Part shown: one piece after another, positions 13,227-26,125 of the stretch | How positions within the stretch are numbered: position 1 is the first letter of the stretch | Layout of the letters: the number at the start of each line of letters is the position of its first letter | NCBI GenBank assembly: GCA_951406725.2 | Contig: OX597833.1 | Location: forward strand, 32,302,001 to 32,366,000 | Direction of reading: 5' to 3' | From: Octopus vulgaris | Lineage: Eukaryota | DNA length: 64,000 bases | The notes under the pieces: generated by a model | Told to the model about the DNA's origin: nothing | Seen by the model: only the letters and a program-made list of their open reading frames with translations | The model's database searches: none | Made by a program: the position numbers and the translations under genes

Positions 13227-14439
13227 TCAGGCTGAATAAAAAGTAAGCAACGCTTTGAAACATGAAATCCACTACAATATATTTCAACAATGCGGAAATT
13301 TCATTCATCAAAGTAAGTTCCATTACAATCAACACATTTTTGCCAATGAGTTACAAGTTTGTTTATTCCGAGAACAGAAAAATCTGGAATTCTGGAGCTG
13401 ATTTTTGAACTCCTCTCGCAGGAAACCATCAAGGTGCTTGAAAAGTGGTAGTCGGCAAGAGAAACCTCTGGGGAATAAGGTGGGTGGGGAAGAACATCGT
13501 AGCTAAGTTCCCTCAACTTCTGGAGTGTCATTAGTGAGATGTGTGGTCGAGCATTGTCATGAAGAATGGCTGGCCCTCTTCTGTTAACCAGTCTGGGACG
13601 GAGGAGTAGCAGTTTTTCGTTCATTTTGGAAATTTCATGGCAGCATGTTTCTGCAGTAATGGTTTTTCCGGGTTTTAAGAAGTTATAGTCGATGTGTCCA
13701 GCAGTACAGTCACCATAACCTTTTTTGTGAAGAGCTCGGATTTAGGGAAGGTTTTCGGTGCTTCATTTTGGTCCACCCACTGCGAAGAAGGTTTTTTTTT
13801 TTATTGGATAGAATCCACTTCTCATCGCAAATTACAATACGGCCGAGAAATGGATCGGTCTGATAATGGAGAAGTAGCGACGAACAAACTTCATATCTGC
13901 GCATTTTCTGATTTTCATTCAAATCGTGTAGTACCCACTTGTCGAGCTGTTTTGATTTTCACATGCAAATGGTTGCAGGCAGTTTTCTGGTTAACGTTTG
14001 TCAGTTCTTTTGCCAGTTATCGAGTGGTTTTACGTAGATCTTTCTCAATAACGGTCTTTAATTGACCTTCATCGATGACAGATGGGTGTCCACTACGCTC
14101 ACGATCTTCAAAACTCAGGTCTCCACTGCGAAATTGTTGAAACCATTTTCGAGCTGACCAATCACTGGTCATTTCTCCACCTTCAGCTGCTTTACGTCCT
14201 TTTTTGAAATTGAATAGCGAAATTGCTCGAATATCGCGCTTTGACAGTTTCATTTCAGATGCTTTTAACATCGGTGAAAAAATATCAGTGTTAATTTATT
14301 GATGCATTTGGGTAAGTCTTTGTCTGTATTATCAGTCAACTGCAAAAAAAAAAAAATGTTTAAAAAATTCAAATCACTGCAAAAATCCGGTACAAATTCT
14401 TCATGGTTCAAAACGTTACTTACTTTTTACTCAACCTGA
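13227..14439 (-). mobile_element. Mariner (DD34D-type) DNA transposon, both TIRs present, decayed transposase
   Basis: TA|TCAGGCTGAATAAAAAGTAAGCAACG ... CGTTACTTACTTTTTACTCAACCTGA|TA. Fragments encode WFQQFRSGDLSFEDRERSGHP, CDEKW, HDNARPH and HPPYSPE. Confidence 0.92.
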
Positions 14440-14491
14440 TATAGATATTATCCGAAATATATACATTATATATTCATCACGGGTGATCTTT

Positions 14492-14570
14492 CCAATCTGC
14501 TTCGCGCAAGGAATACAATGAAGTGTCAGGCAACAATCCGATTATATAACCTTACGCTCATCAGAGTTAG
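14492..14570 (-). ncRNA. Degenerate hammerhead-like motif
   Basis: CTGATGA, 8-bp stem II (GCGTAAGG/CCTTGCGC), then GAAG. Stems I and III could not be resolved. Confidence 0.3.
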
Positions 14571-14774
14571 ACGATATGGAGAGGAATATTGCAACTGCTC
14601 TTTATTGTTGGAGGTGGATTAAACACAACTGGCCAGTGGCTGCTTTGAAAACAGTGGTGAAACGAAAAAGGGCCAGGGGATTAGGTTAGGAGTTATACCT
14701 GTTGGTTGGGCATACTGTGAGGCCGGTAAGAGTTATTTTTAAGTCTTTTGGGGGAAGTGTGCATTATTAAATGT

Positions 14775-14932
14775 GACGCAGGCGTGGCTGTGTGGTAAGA
14801 AGCTTGATTCTCAACCACATGATTCCGGGGTCAGTCCCACGCAGTGGGATGAGTGACTTCTACTATTGCCTCGGGTCGACCCGAGCTTTGTGAGTGGATT
14901 TGGCAGATAGAAGCTGAAAGAAGCCCGTCGCA
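14775..14932 (+). mobile_element. SINE family 1, 5' half
   Basis: Matches 2868-3030. Confidence 0.85.
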
Positions 14933-14967
<35 letters not shown>

Positions 14968-14971
<4 letters not shown>

Positions 14972-15310
14972 CCCGGGTTGATTCGGGGTTAACCACAGTA
15001 AATAAGGTACTCAATACATAGCAGAGTAAAATTAATTTATTATATAGAAGGAGCTTCTACAGGACTAGAACTGTTTCATTCAAGAGAAATCTTCAGGAAG
15101 CTAGTTAACAAGAATTGTATTGGCATTTATACATTTAGGCAGGTTTAAAGGGGTGGTGGTGGGGGACTTTTTGGGGGTAGGCATACCGCAAAATATCATA
15201 CTTGGGGGAGTGGTCAAGGAGTCAGTGGTAAATTAGATAAAAGAATAAATAAAATAATAAAAAAATATATAAAGAATCGAGTCTTAGGTAAATAAGGAGA
15301 TTCTCACTTA
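14968..15310 (-). mobile_element. Penelope pLTR/retrozyme-like short element between TA microsatellites
   Basis: Minus-strand order is TATAAA, HHR, AATAAA. A second partial copy lies at 50899-51036. Confidence 0.7.
15052..15102 (-). ncRNA. Type I hammerhead ribozyme
   Basis: AGCTTC-CTGAAGA-tTTC(TCTT)GAAt-GAA-ACAG(TTCTAGTC)CTGT-A-GAAGCT: 6-bp stem I, full core, 4-bp stem III, GUA triplet. U:U at the base of stem II. Confidence 0.85.
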
Positions 15311-15379
15311 TACCTATACACATATGTATACATATACACACACACACACACACACACATATATACATACACACATACAT

Positions 15380-15416
<37 letters not shown>

Positions 15417-15481
15417 CACATACTCATACATACATATATCTACACATATATATACACATATATATATATCTATATATACAC

Positions 15482-15518
<37 letters not shown>

Positions 15519-15702
15519 TATGCATACACATATACACACACATGTATATATACACACACGACCACACATACATATACACACATAAAAATATATACATACA
15601 CACACATACACATACACGCATACACACACATATCCACATACACACATGCACACACAACACACAAGTCCCTATATACACATATATACACATACACACATAT
15701 AC

Positions 15703-15744
<42 letters not shown>

Positions 15745-15972
15745 GTGTACCTATGCATACCTACACATACACACATTTACATACAAATACAGACCCATTC
15801 CCTAATTTTAATTTTATTATCTTCATTTATTACTTTTGTTATCTTTGACCGCTGGTCACAAGCATCTTGGCTATGACAGCAAGTCCGTTTATCTTTCTAC
15901 TTGAAAACAAGCACTCATTCACGCACGCACACTTATTAGCACGCACACTCACTCATTCGTACACTCATACGC

Positions 15973-15999
<27 letters not shown>

Positions 16000-16022
<23 letters not shown>

Positions 16023-16226
16023 GTGTCAGTGCTTGTCTTCCACCACCACTTGACAACCGGTGTTGGTATGTCCCCGTAACTTAGCGGTTCGGCAAAAGAA
16101 CCCGATAGAATAAGTACTAGACTTTTAAAAAATGAGTCCTGAGGTTGATTTGTTCGACTAAAACCTGCCAAGGTGCTGTACCAGCATGGCTGCAGCCAAA
16201 TGACTGGAACAAGTAAAAGATAAAAG
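16000..16226 (+). mobile_element. SINE family 1, 3' half
   Basis: CCCGTAACTTAGCGGTTCGGCAAAAG ... CAAGTAAAAGATAAAAGA. Confidence 0.8.
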
Positions 16227-16269
16227 ATACACACACACACACACACATATATATATATGTATAAACAAG

Positions 16270-16317
<48 letters not shown>

Positions 16318-16321
16318 TATC

Positions 16322-16539
16322 TCTTATTATAAAAGGCAGATTTTTATCTGCCTCCCTTTGTCTCTTATAGAAATCTACAATATAGGATTTCTTCAATTAC
16401 AATTTACCTAGCATTTTTAAGAGTAGAATACATCGGGTCGTGCCAGGTACAGTTTTTCAATTTTCACCCCCAATTAAGCAAAATTTCGAGAAAACTCACA
16501 TTGTGGTGTGTAAGTGAAGTGCTTTTCTTAGTGTGTGCT

Positions 16540-16594
<55 letters not shown>

Positions 16595-16955
16595 AGCGAA
16601 CTGCTTCACTCATGCTATCACCCTAATTTCTCCTACTTTCTCTTTGCAAGTGTACCTTACAACACGACTAAAAAAAAAAACAGCAAACAGAAACAAATAA
16701 ATACATAACGATTTACTCCTCACACAATTTCTTCAATTACAGTTTACCTATGATTTTTACAAGTACTTACATACAAAATTTCTTTCAATTTCACCCCCAA
16801 TTAAGACAAAATTCGAGAAAACTCAATATTTTAACATTTCACTCTTTCACTTTGAAGCCTTTACTCTGCCTATTACTCCCACTTCCTCTTTAGACACATA
16901 GGCACGCTAATATATACGATAGTGTCAATTGTTGACAGACATTGTAAGCTAACGT

Positions 16956-17003
<48 letters not shown>

Positions 17004-20000
17004 GCGGTGAGCCATTCAGACTGGTCATCCATTTTGGCTAGAAGAAGATCCCTTATGGTCTTATATGCTACACCACTGGTTTTCAGTTCAAGAAAGACTA
17101 TTCATTATAATACATCAGTTCCACACATTTCGGACAACTGGTTCCATTTCGGACAACTGCACAAACATTTGCCATTTCACACATGTATGTAAACAAATTC
17201 CTTTCTTAAAAATTTCAATTCATTTTCTTTTTCAATTTACGTTTCTATACACTTTACGCAAATATTTGATTAAACAACTAAAACACTTCACATTTCGAAC
17301 ATGTACGTAAACTACTTCCTTTCTTGCAAATCTAACTTTCTTTTCTGGCTTTTAACTCAAATTTCTATACATTTTACACACTCCGTCGCTATACTTGCAT
17401 AAAAAATTTCTTTCAGCTGCTAATATTTATTTCTTTTCCTTCCACGGTTTACATTTTTCCACATTTCATTCACATTACAATTTCTATCTTTAAGTAACTT
17501 TCACCCTTTCTTTTTCACATAAAATGTCACCGAAAAAGAGAAGTCGCCTCGGCCGCCATACTGCAGCAGCAGCGGCGAAAAAGGCGAAGCGCAGCGCCAT
17601 AAACGCTTCTGCTGTTGCTGCACAAAGGGCTTCAGAGGACCCACAACAAAGGGCCACTCGACTGGCTACAAACGCTGTGGCTACTGCTGCTTCAACATTT
17701 TCGACACATTCCCACGACTCAGACCAGCAACGTTCTACATTCCAGCGGAACAGTCGACGCCGCGGTCTGACGAGTCCAAACACACCTTACTGGCATCTAC
17801 GTGCTTTCAAGTATGAGCCCAACTTCAATTACTCGATGCACGCTGACATAAATATTGGGGAAATGTGCTGCAATTGCCAATTCTGCAATGCTAAAAAGTG
17901 GGCTGGGGAACCACCTGCGATGTGCTGCTTAAACGGTAAGGTCAGCTTGCCCCCTCTTCGGGAGCTGCCAGACCCTTTGAAGGAATTACTTACTGGTTCC
18001 ACCTCAAGGTCATCAAAATTCCTTCAACCCATCAGGAAATACAATTGTGCATTTCAGATGACTTCTTTCGGGGCTAACGTTGTCAGAGAAACTGGTTGGA
18101 TGCCTACTTTCAAGGTCCAGGGCCAGGTGTACCAACTTATTGGGTCACTCCAGCCACTACAAAATTGCAAACCTTCGTTCCTTCAAATTTATTTCATTAC
18201 AAATTACAATAGGCAACTTGATTTGCGTTTCGATGTAATTCCACAACCTGCAAACACTGACGCTGACAATTTCGATAGGGACGTGCTGCTCACTCTGCAA
18301 AACATGCTTCATGACCACAACAGCTATATTCGCAGTTTCAAATACGCCTTGGAAACAGCCCCTTCACCAACATTCACCATTGTCATCGATGCTGACAAAA
18401 GGCCTTCTGGGGAGCACGCGCGGCGATATAACGCTCCTTCGTGCAATGAAGTGGCCATAGTTCTCCATGGTGAACAGCACAAGCAGCGGGACATAGTTCA
18501 TCAAAGCCGCGACAGTGGTCTTCAGTGTATTAATGAGACGCATCGGTCATATGACGCCCTGCAGTATCCCCTTCTTTTTCCGTATGGAGAAGACGGGTAC
18601 CATTTCGGCATTCCTCACCACAAACCAAACGAGCCCTTGGCTGCGACATCTAAAACTGTTTCATGTATGGCTTTTTACTCATACCGCTTCATGACAAGGC
18701 ATAATGATTTCAACCCCCTGCACAGATCACGGGAACTGTTTCACCAGTTTGCATTTGACATAGCTGCAAAGATGGAGTCCGAGAGACTGGGCTTCATCAA
18801 ATTGAATCAGAAGCAGCTGCGCTCAGACTCCTACATCCATTTGCGTTATGGCATCAGGAATGACACTGACGCCCGCAATATCGGCAAAATGTGCATTCTC
18901 CCCTCAACCTATACAGGGGACCCACGGTACATGCACGAGCGAACACAAGACGCTATGACTTACGTTCGGCATTATGGGCGACCCGATTTATTCATTACCT
19001 TTACATGTAACCCAAAGTGGGTTGAGGTAACGCGAGAACTTCTCCCAGGGCAGCAGTACTGTCATCGCCATGATATTATTGCAAGGGTTTTCAGGCAGAA
19101 ACTGGCTAAGCTCATTCTTTTAATAAAAAAAGGCCAGGTTTTTGGGCCTGTTAACTGTCACATGTATACTGTTGAGTGGCAGAAAAGAGGGTTGCCACAC
19201 GCGCACATTTTGCTTTGGTTGGTCAACAAAATAGACCCAACAGTTCTTGATGATCTCATTGCAGCAGAAATTCCGGACCCAACTGTTGACCGGCAGCTGT
19301 ACGACATTGTGAAGGCACACATGGTACACGGTCCGTGCGGTCCTGGTTTTCAAAAGTTCTCCTCATGCCACAAAGACCACGTGTGCACTAAACGGTACCC
19401 AAAGAGGTTCGTGGACGAGACCCAGACCGGCCGCGACGGATACCCACTGTACAGAAGAAGGCACCCTGACAATGGTGGATTCACTATAACGTTACGGGGT
19501 CATCAAGTGGATAATAGGTGGGTAGTGCCGTACTGACCATTTCTGATGAAAACTTTTAACGCTCACATAAATGTGGAGTTCTGTCATTCAGTCAAGTCTA
19601 TAAAGTATATATGTAAATATGTTAACAAGGGTTCTGACGCTGCCATGTTTGGCCTTCAAAAGGACAATAGCATGGACGAGGTGTCACAGTAAATGGCAGG
19701 TTGGTACATAAGCAGTGGTGAAGCTTTTTGGCGGATATTCGGGTTTCCACTTCACCAAAGGCACCCCGCCATCATACAACTAGCGGTTCATTTGGAAAAT
19801 GGCCAACGAACTTACTTTACTGAACAGACTGCAGCTGATTTGGCGGCAAATCCAAAACAAACAACTTTGACCGGTTTCTTTAGGCTTTGCCAACTTGACA
19901 CATTTGCTAAAACACTTTTATACCCTCAGGTCCCGTCCTACTACGTGTGGTCAAACAACAATTGGGTGCGTAGGAAGTCGGGTCAGGATGTTGAAGGACA

Positions 20001-22782
20001 TCCTGGTGTCAAGTTTAACAGTTGTCTAGGAAGAGTCTACACTGTACCTCCAAACCAACATGACTGTTTTCACCTGCGCCTTCTCCTCCATGAGGTTTTA
20101 GGCCCACAAAGTTTTCAAGACATCAGAACTGTTGATGGTGTATTATGTGATACTTTCCGTGAAGCCTGTTTTCGGCGTCGACTTTTGGAGGATGATTCAC
20201 AATGGGGCGCCACTATGGCAGAAGGTGTTTCATTAAAATCTCTCTAAAAAAATCAGATCGCTTTTCGCTATTCTATTACTATGGTGTGACTTGGCTAATC
20301 CCGCCTCTTTATGGCTTACCTACAAAGATGATATGTCTGAAGATTTCCTGCGTGACGCTCAATCGCTACATCCATCAATGGAGGTCGGGTACACTAACCT
20401 CATTTACAACAGGGCGCTGCTTGAAATCGAAGATACTGTACTCGATATGGGCGGTAGTGCCTTGCCGGTCTATGGCCTACCTTCAACAAACCGGGAATGC
20501 ACAAACACTCTGTCTTCACATTTGCTGCGTGAGTCATGTTTTAATGTTGACGAGCTTGCCGAGTACATAGCCGACAATGAGCCAAAGCTCATTCCAGAAC
20601 AGAAGTTCGCTTACAACTCCGTTGTTAATTCAGTCCGGGCCAAAGCTGGGGACATTTTTTTCCTGGACGCTCCTGGGGGCACTGGGACAACTTTTGTCAA
20701 CAAATTAATATTGGCTGAGATTAGGCGAACACAAGGCATTGCCCTAGCTGTGGCATCATCTGGAATTGCGGCTACTTTGTTGCCAGGCGGCAGGACAGCT
20801 CACTGTACTTTCAAACTCCCACTTGACTTAGCGAAGACTGAGACACCAACTTGCAACATCAGTAACAGCTCCGATCAGGCAGAAGTCTTCAGACGATGCA
20901 AGCTTATCGTTTGGGATGAATGCACGATGGCCCACAGAGGTACTCTTGAGGCACTAGATAGATCTCTCAGAAACACTCTTCAGCTCCCATGGGAGGCATA
21001 AACACTTCTTCTTTCAGGGGACTTCCGACAACACTTCCCGTTATTCCCAAAGGGACTAGAGCTGATGCTGTAAGTGCGTGTCTTAAGTCATCCACATTGT
21101 GGCCACTGGTGAAGATTCTCAAACTTCACACCAATATGCGTGCTCATATGCGACGTGATATCACATCAGCAGCATTTTCTCACACTCTCCTTGCACTTGG
21201 CGAAGGCAAAATACCAGGGGATGAAAATGGTAATATTGCCCTCAATTCCATTTGTACCATTGTTAACACGCCTTCTGATCTCAGAGATGCAGTATTCCCA
21301 GATCTACAAGCTAATTATCAGAATATGGATTGGATTGGCCAAAGGGCTATTCTGGCCCCGAGGAACAAAACTGTTCACCATATTAATGATGAAATGCTAA
21401 AACTCATTCCTGGGGATGTCTATGTATATAAGTCTATCGATACAACTCCTGACCCAGAGGACGTCATCAATTATCCAATAGAGGTACTCAATTCCTTTGA
21501 GCCCCCGGACTACCACCACACATTCTCAAACTTAAAGTTGGTGCCCCTATAATGCTCATTAGAAATTTGGTTCCCCCAAAACAATGTAATGGCACACGTT
21601 TGATCGTTAAGTCCTTATCTCCCAATCTGATTGAGGCCACCATTATCACAGGGTGCGGTCGAGGCAACGTTGTGCTCATACCTAGGATGCATCTTTTCCC
21701 ATCAGGAGCAGACCTACCTTTCATATTTCGGAGGTCCCAGTTCCCAGTAAGGCCATGTTTCGCAATGTCAATTAACAAAGCGCAGGGTCAAACACTGTCT
21801 GTGGCAGGAATACATTTGGGAGAGCCATGTTTCTCTCATGGTCAGCTTTATGTTGGCTGCTCGCGTGTCGGCAGCAACAGTGATGCTTTCGCATTCCTTC
21901 CACAACGAAAAACAAAAAACATTGTGTACAAGGAGGTTTTATAGGATTACTACGTTTCATCATTTTCAAGCACGTTAGTATTTCACTTACATACGACTCT
22001 CTTTTATGACGGCATTTACATTTCTAGGCGTTTCATAACATTAATTCACACTTAACCAACACCTGTTCTTCGCTCAACTCTATTTCTATCCATTCATCAT
22101 CAAACCACCAGCCTCATCTTCTATATCCAACGTACATGACACATCTACCCCCTACATCTACACTCTCACTGTTAAAGTTTACATGAGCGACAACGCGATA
22201 GCAACATACACTTTCGAAACTAATCAACACATCATTTTATACAACAAATTTAATCAAAACGCCCATCAATGAAAACATCTCCACCACTGTATTGTGATTC
22301 ACCTAATCAGCACCACTACAGTCTTGCCGGTCTGACATATGGTGAGTAGATGCTATTGTTCTATATTTTATAAATTACACATATTTACTTACCCATGCTT
22401 CATTCCTCTCTCGCCTACATATGAAATCCACTCTCTTTTAACACAGCATCAAGTTTTGTAACAGCACATCCGCTGCCGTTCGTGCAAAACGAAGAGACCC
22501 TATTCACCTGCGAACGTTTTACATCGCCTTCCACGACTATCAAATTCTTACAATTATGAGAACAATAACATGGCTCTTTTCAAGGCAACCTCGCATTCAA
22601 TTCTTACACCATTCTACGAGGGGGTAGGAACACCTTTACACGGCTTTCTATACACTTACAAATACATTCATTCGCCGTAAACTTATATCAATATTTGCCT
22701 GAATAATCATCATAATTCAGTGCAATCATTAACAGTACTTTCAAGCAATTCAGCCCCGAGCAACGCCGGGCAATTCTGCTAG
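16322..22782 (+). mobile_element. Autonomous-type Helitron, both termini present
   Basis: 5' end TCTTATTATAAAAGGCAG. 3' hairpin CCCGAGCAACGCCGGG then CTAG|T. RepHel coding region inside. Confidence 0.92.
17524..21944 (+). pseudogene. Helitron RepHel (HUH Rep + PIF1-like SF1 helicase), interrupted
   Basis: Rep motifs DLFITFTCNPKW, VEWQKRGLPHAHILLW and YICKYVNKG. Helicase motifs DAPGGTGTT (Walker A Lys lost), [15 protein letters not shown] and [10 protein letters not shown]. Stops at ~19536 and ~19692, frameshifts near 20250, 20990 and 21510. Confidence 0.93.
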
Positions 22783-23141
22783 TATATATATAAATGGCAA
22801 TATGTCTGCGTGCGTGTCCTTTATACAAATCCACAATTTTTCATTTAGAGGGCTCGCACTTTCTATGGTCATTTAAAACCGTTCAAGGGTGGTCGTGCAC
22901 ATCTTTACATTTTCCCAGTCACCCCGCAAACCCATTAAAAAATCAATAGAAGTGACTTTTTTGTGAATTTTCTATCCAAAACCCAATCAAAATGCCCGAA
23001 ACTTGATATGCCAATTGAATGCCAACTAGCCGTATGTGATTGGTCGCTATGTGGAAAGTACTCGCGTGTATATGCGCACGCACGCAGCTGTATATGCATG
23101 CACTAGCAGTATGATCCGGCGTTGCCGGGTCATAGTGCTAG
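22783..23141 (+). mobile_element. Short non-autonomous Helitron-like element with palindromic 3' end
   Basis: Starts TATATATAAATGGCAATATGTCTGCG. Ends ACTAGCAGTATGATCCGGCGTTGCCGGGTCATAGTGCTAG|T. Confidence 0.6.
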
Positions 23142-23191
23142 TATATATATAAACAGGCAAAAGATTATATATATATACATATACATATACA

Positions 23192-24037
23192 CTAGCAGAA
23201 TTGCCTGGCGTTGCTCGGGGCTGAATTGCTTGAAAGTACTGTTAATGATTGCACTGAATTATGATGATTATTCAGGCAAATATTGATATAAGTTTACGGT
23301 GGGAGATAAGGACTTAACGATCAAACGTGTGCCATTGCATTGTTTTGGGGGAATCAAATTTCTGATGAGCATTATAGGGGCACCGACTTTAAGTTTGAGA
23401 ATGTGTGTTGGTAGTCCGGGGTGCTCAAAGGAATTGAGTACCTCTATTGAATAGTTGATGACGTCCTCTGGGTCAGGAGTTGTATCGATAGACTGATATA
23501 CATAGACTTCCCTAGGAATGAGCTTTAGCATTTCATCATTAATATGGTGAACAGTTTTATTCCTCGGGGCCAGTATATTCTTTTGGCCAATCCAATCCAT
23601 ATTCTGATAATTAGCTTGTAGATCTGGGAACACTGCATCTCTGAGATCAGAAGGCGTCTTAACAATGGTACAAATGGAATCGATGGCAATATTACCATTT
23701 TCATCCCCTGGTATTTTGCCTTCGCCAAGTGCAAGGAGGGTGTGAGGAAATGCTGCTGATGTGATATTACGTCGTATACGAGCACGAATATTGGTGTGAA
23801 GTTTGAGAGTTACTTCCCTTTATTTTAAAAATATGCATTAAAATGGAAAAAAATTATGGTAAATTATTTGTAAAATCGTAGACTCATCGTAGACGCGCGC
23901 TAATACCCAGAAGGGCTCGATATGAATGACGACTATAAGATACCCGGTTTTGGTTAAACTGCATCGCAAAATGTGGGAGTAGTTAGGAATCTAAATCGGA
24001 GTAGACAGACACACAACCTTTCTTTTATATATAAAGA
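23192..24037 (-). mobile_element. Chimeric non-autonomous Helitron: family B 5' end + helicase fragment + family A 3' end
   Basis: 23192-23298 is the reverse complement of 22676-22782. 23299-23808 is the reverse complement of ~21115-21623. 23806-24037 matches ~25779-26014. Confidence 0.85.
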
Positions 24038-24560
24038 TTTTCGTCCTAAAAAACTTTGTATGGATTGAATGGTTACCTCTATGGAAATATATACACGCAC
24101 ATTATACATACATGTGTGTATAGATGAATATATAAATACATTTAAATATCTATATACACTTTTGGGCGATCTTTCTGCTTCTTAGAGATAACTTAAGATC
24201 TTATTTTCGTCCTAAAAAACTTTGTGCGGAGTGAATGGTTACGTCTATGGAAATATATACACACACATTATACACACATCTGTGTATAGATGAATATATA
24301 AATACATTTAAATATCTATATACACTTTTGGGCGATCTTTCTGCTACTTGTATATACTTTAGATCTTATATTCGTCCTAAATAACTTTGTATGGAGTGAA
24401 TGGTAACCTCTATGGAAATATATACACACACATTATACATACATGTGTGTATAGATGAATATATAAAAGCATTGAAATATCTATATACACTTTTGGGCGA
24501 TCTTTCTGCTACTTGGATATACTTTAGATCTTATATTCGTCCTAAAAAAACTTTGTATGA
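24038..24560. repeat. ~165-bp tandem repeat, ~3.2 copies
   Basis: CGTCCTAA recurs at 24042, 24208, 24373 and 24538. Confidence 0.92.
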
Positions 24561-24561
24561 A

Positions 24562-24913
24562 TAGAAAAAGAAAATGAATTGAAATTTTTAAGAAAGTAAT
24601 TTGTTTACATACATGTGTCAAATGGCAAATGTTTGTGCAGTTGTCCGAAATGGAACCAGGGTAAATGTGTGGAACTGATGTATTATAACGAATAGTCCTT
24701 CTTGTTGTGAATATTAATTTAATATGAACTGAAAACCAGTGGTGTAGCATATAAGACCATAGGTGATCTTCTAGCAAAAAGGATGACCAGTCTGACTGGC
24801 TCATCCCTGTCACACACACACACACACACAGTCACATACACACACACAGACGCACGCACCCTCACACACACATTCACACACACACTCACACACACGCACA
24901 CACACACACGCAC

Positions 24914-24951
<38 letters not shown>

Positions 24952-24999
24952 ACATACACGGACACACACACACACACACACACACACTGACACACACGG

Positions 25000-25030
<31 letters not shown>

Positions 25031-25618
25031 AGCTTACAATTTTATTTATATATTTGTCTAAAGAGGAAGTGGGAGTAATAGGCAGAGTAAAGGCTTCAAA
25101 GTGAAAGAGTGAAACGGTAAAATATCTAGTTTTCTCGATTTTTTTCTGAAATGGGGGTGAAATTGAAAGAAATTTTGTATGCCATGACCGAATGGAAGTA
25201 CTTTGAAAAATCATAGGTAAACTGTAATTGAAGAAATTGTGTGAGGAGTAAATCGTTATGTATTTATTTGTTTATGTTTGCTGTTCTTTTTTTAGTAGTG
25301 TTGTAAGGTACACTTGCAAAGAGAAAGTAGGAGAAATTAGGGTGATAGAATGAGTGAAGCATTTCGCTCCGTTTTTGTGTCTGTGTGTGTGTGTGTGCTG
25401 TAGCCCACACTAAGAAAAGCACTTCACTTACACACCACAATGTGAGTTTTCTCGAAATTTTGCTTAATTGGGGGTGAAAATTGAAAAACTGTACCTGGCA
25501 CGACCCGATGTATTCTACTCTTAAAAATGCTAGGTAAATTGTAATTGAAGAAATCCTATATTGTAGATTTCTATAAGAGACAAAGGGAGGCTGATAAAAT
25601 CTGCCTTTTATAATAAGA
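24562..25618 (-). mobile_element. Inverted copy of the Helitron family A 5' region
   Basis: Reverse complement of ~16322-17232, ending at the TC terminus (25618). Confidence 0.88.
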
Positions 25619-26014
25619 CTAGCAGTATCGCCCGGCGTTGCTCGGGTTTGTAAGGGAAATAACTATATAAGTATTTTTAGAGAGTTATAGCCAAAAAATA
25701 GCAAAAAATGCATTAAAAATGGAAAAAAATTAAGGTAAATTTTTTTTTTAAATCGTTGACACATCGTAGATATTTTTAGAGAGTTACTTCCCTTATATAA
25801 TAGCGAAAAAAATGCATTAAAATGGAAAAATATGATGGTAAATTTTTTTAAATCGTAGAATCATCGTAGACGCGCGCTAATACCCAGAAGGGCTCGATAT
25901 GACTCACGACTTTAAGATACCCGCTTTTGGTTAAACTGCACTGCAAAATGTGGGAGTAGTTACGAATCTAAATCGTAGGAGACAGACACACAACTTCACT
26001 TTTATATATAAAGA
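25619..26014 (-). mobile_element. Complete ~400-bp non-autonomous Helitron (family B)
   Basis: 5' end TCTTTATATATAAAAG at 26014. 3' end CCCGAGCAACGCCGGGCGATACTGCTAG at 25619. Confidence 0.85.
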
Positions 26015-26125
26015 TATAAGCCACGTAGTTATATACACATACTTCGTTATATACACATTCTTAAAAGAAAATGTTACTTTGAACACAACATTTATAAAGA
26101 ATAAAATATTTTTGGTTTTTCTTAA

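Noticed and set aside
24038-24560. Possible CRISPR-like array
   Set aside because: The units are contiguous tandem copies with no unique spacers, and the context is eukaryotic.
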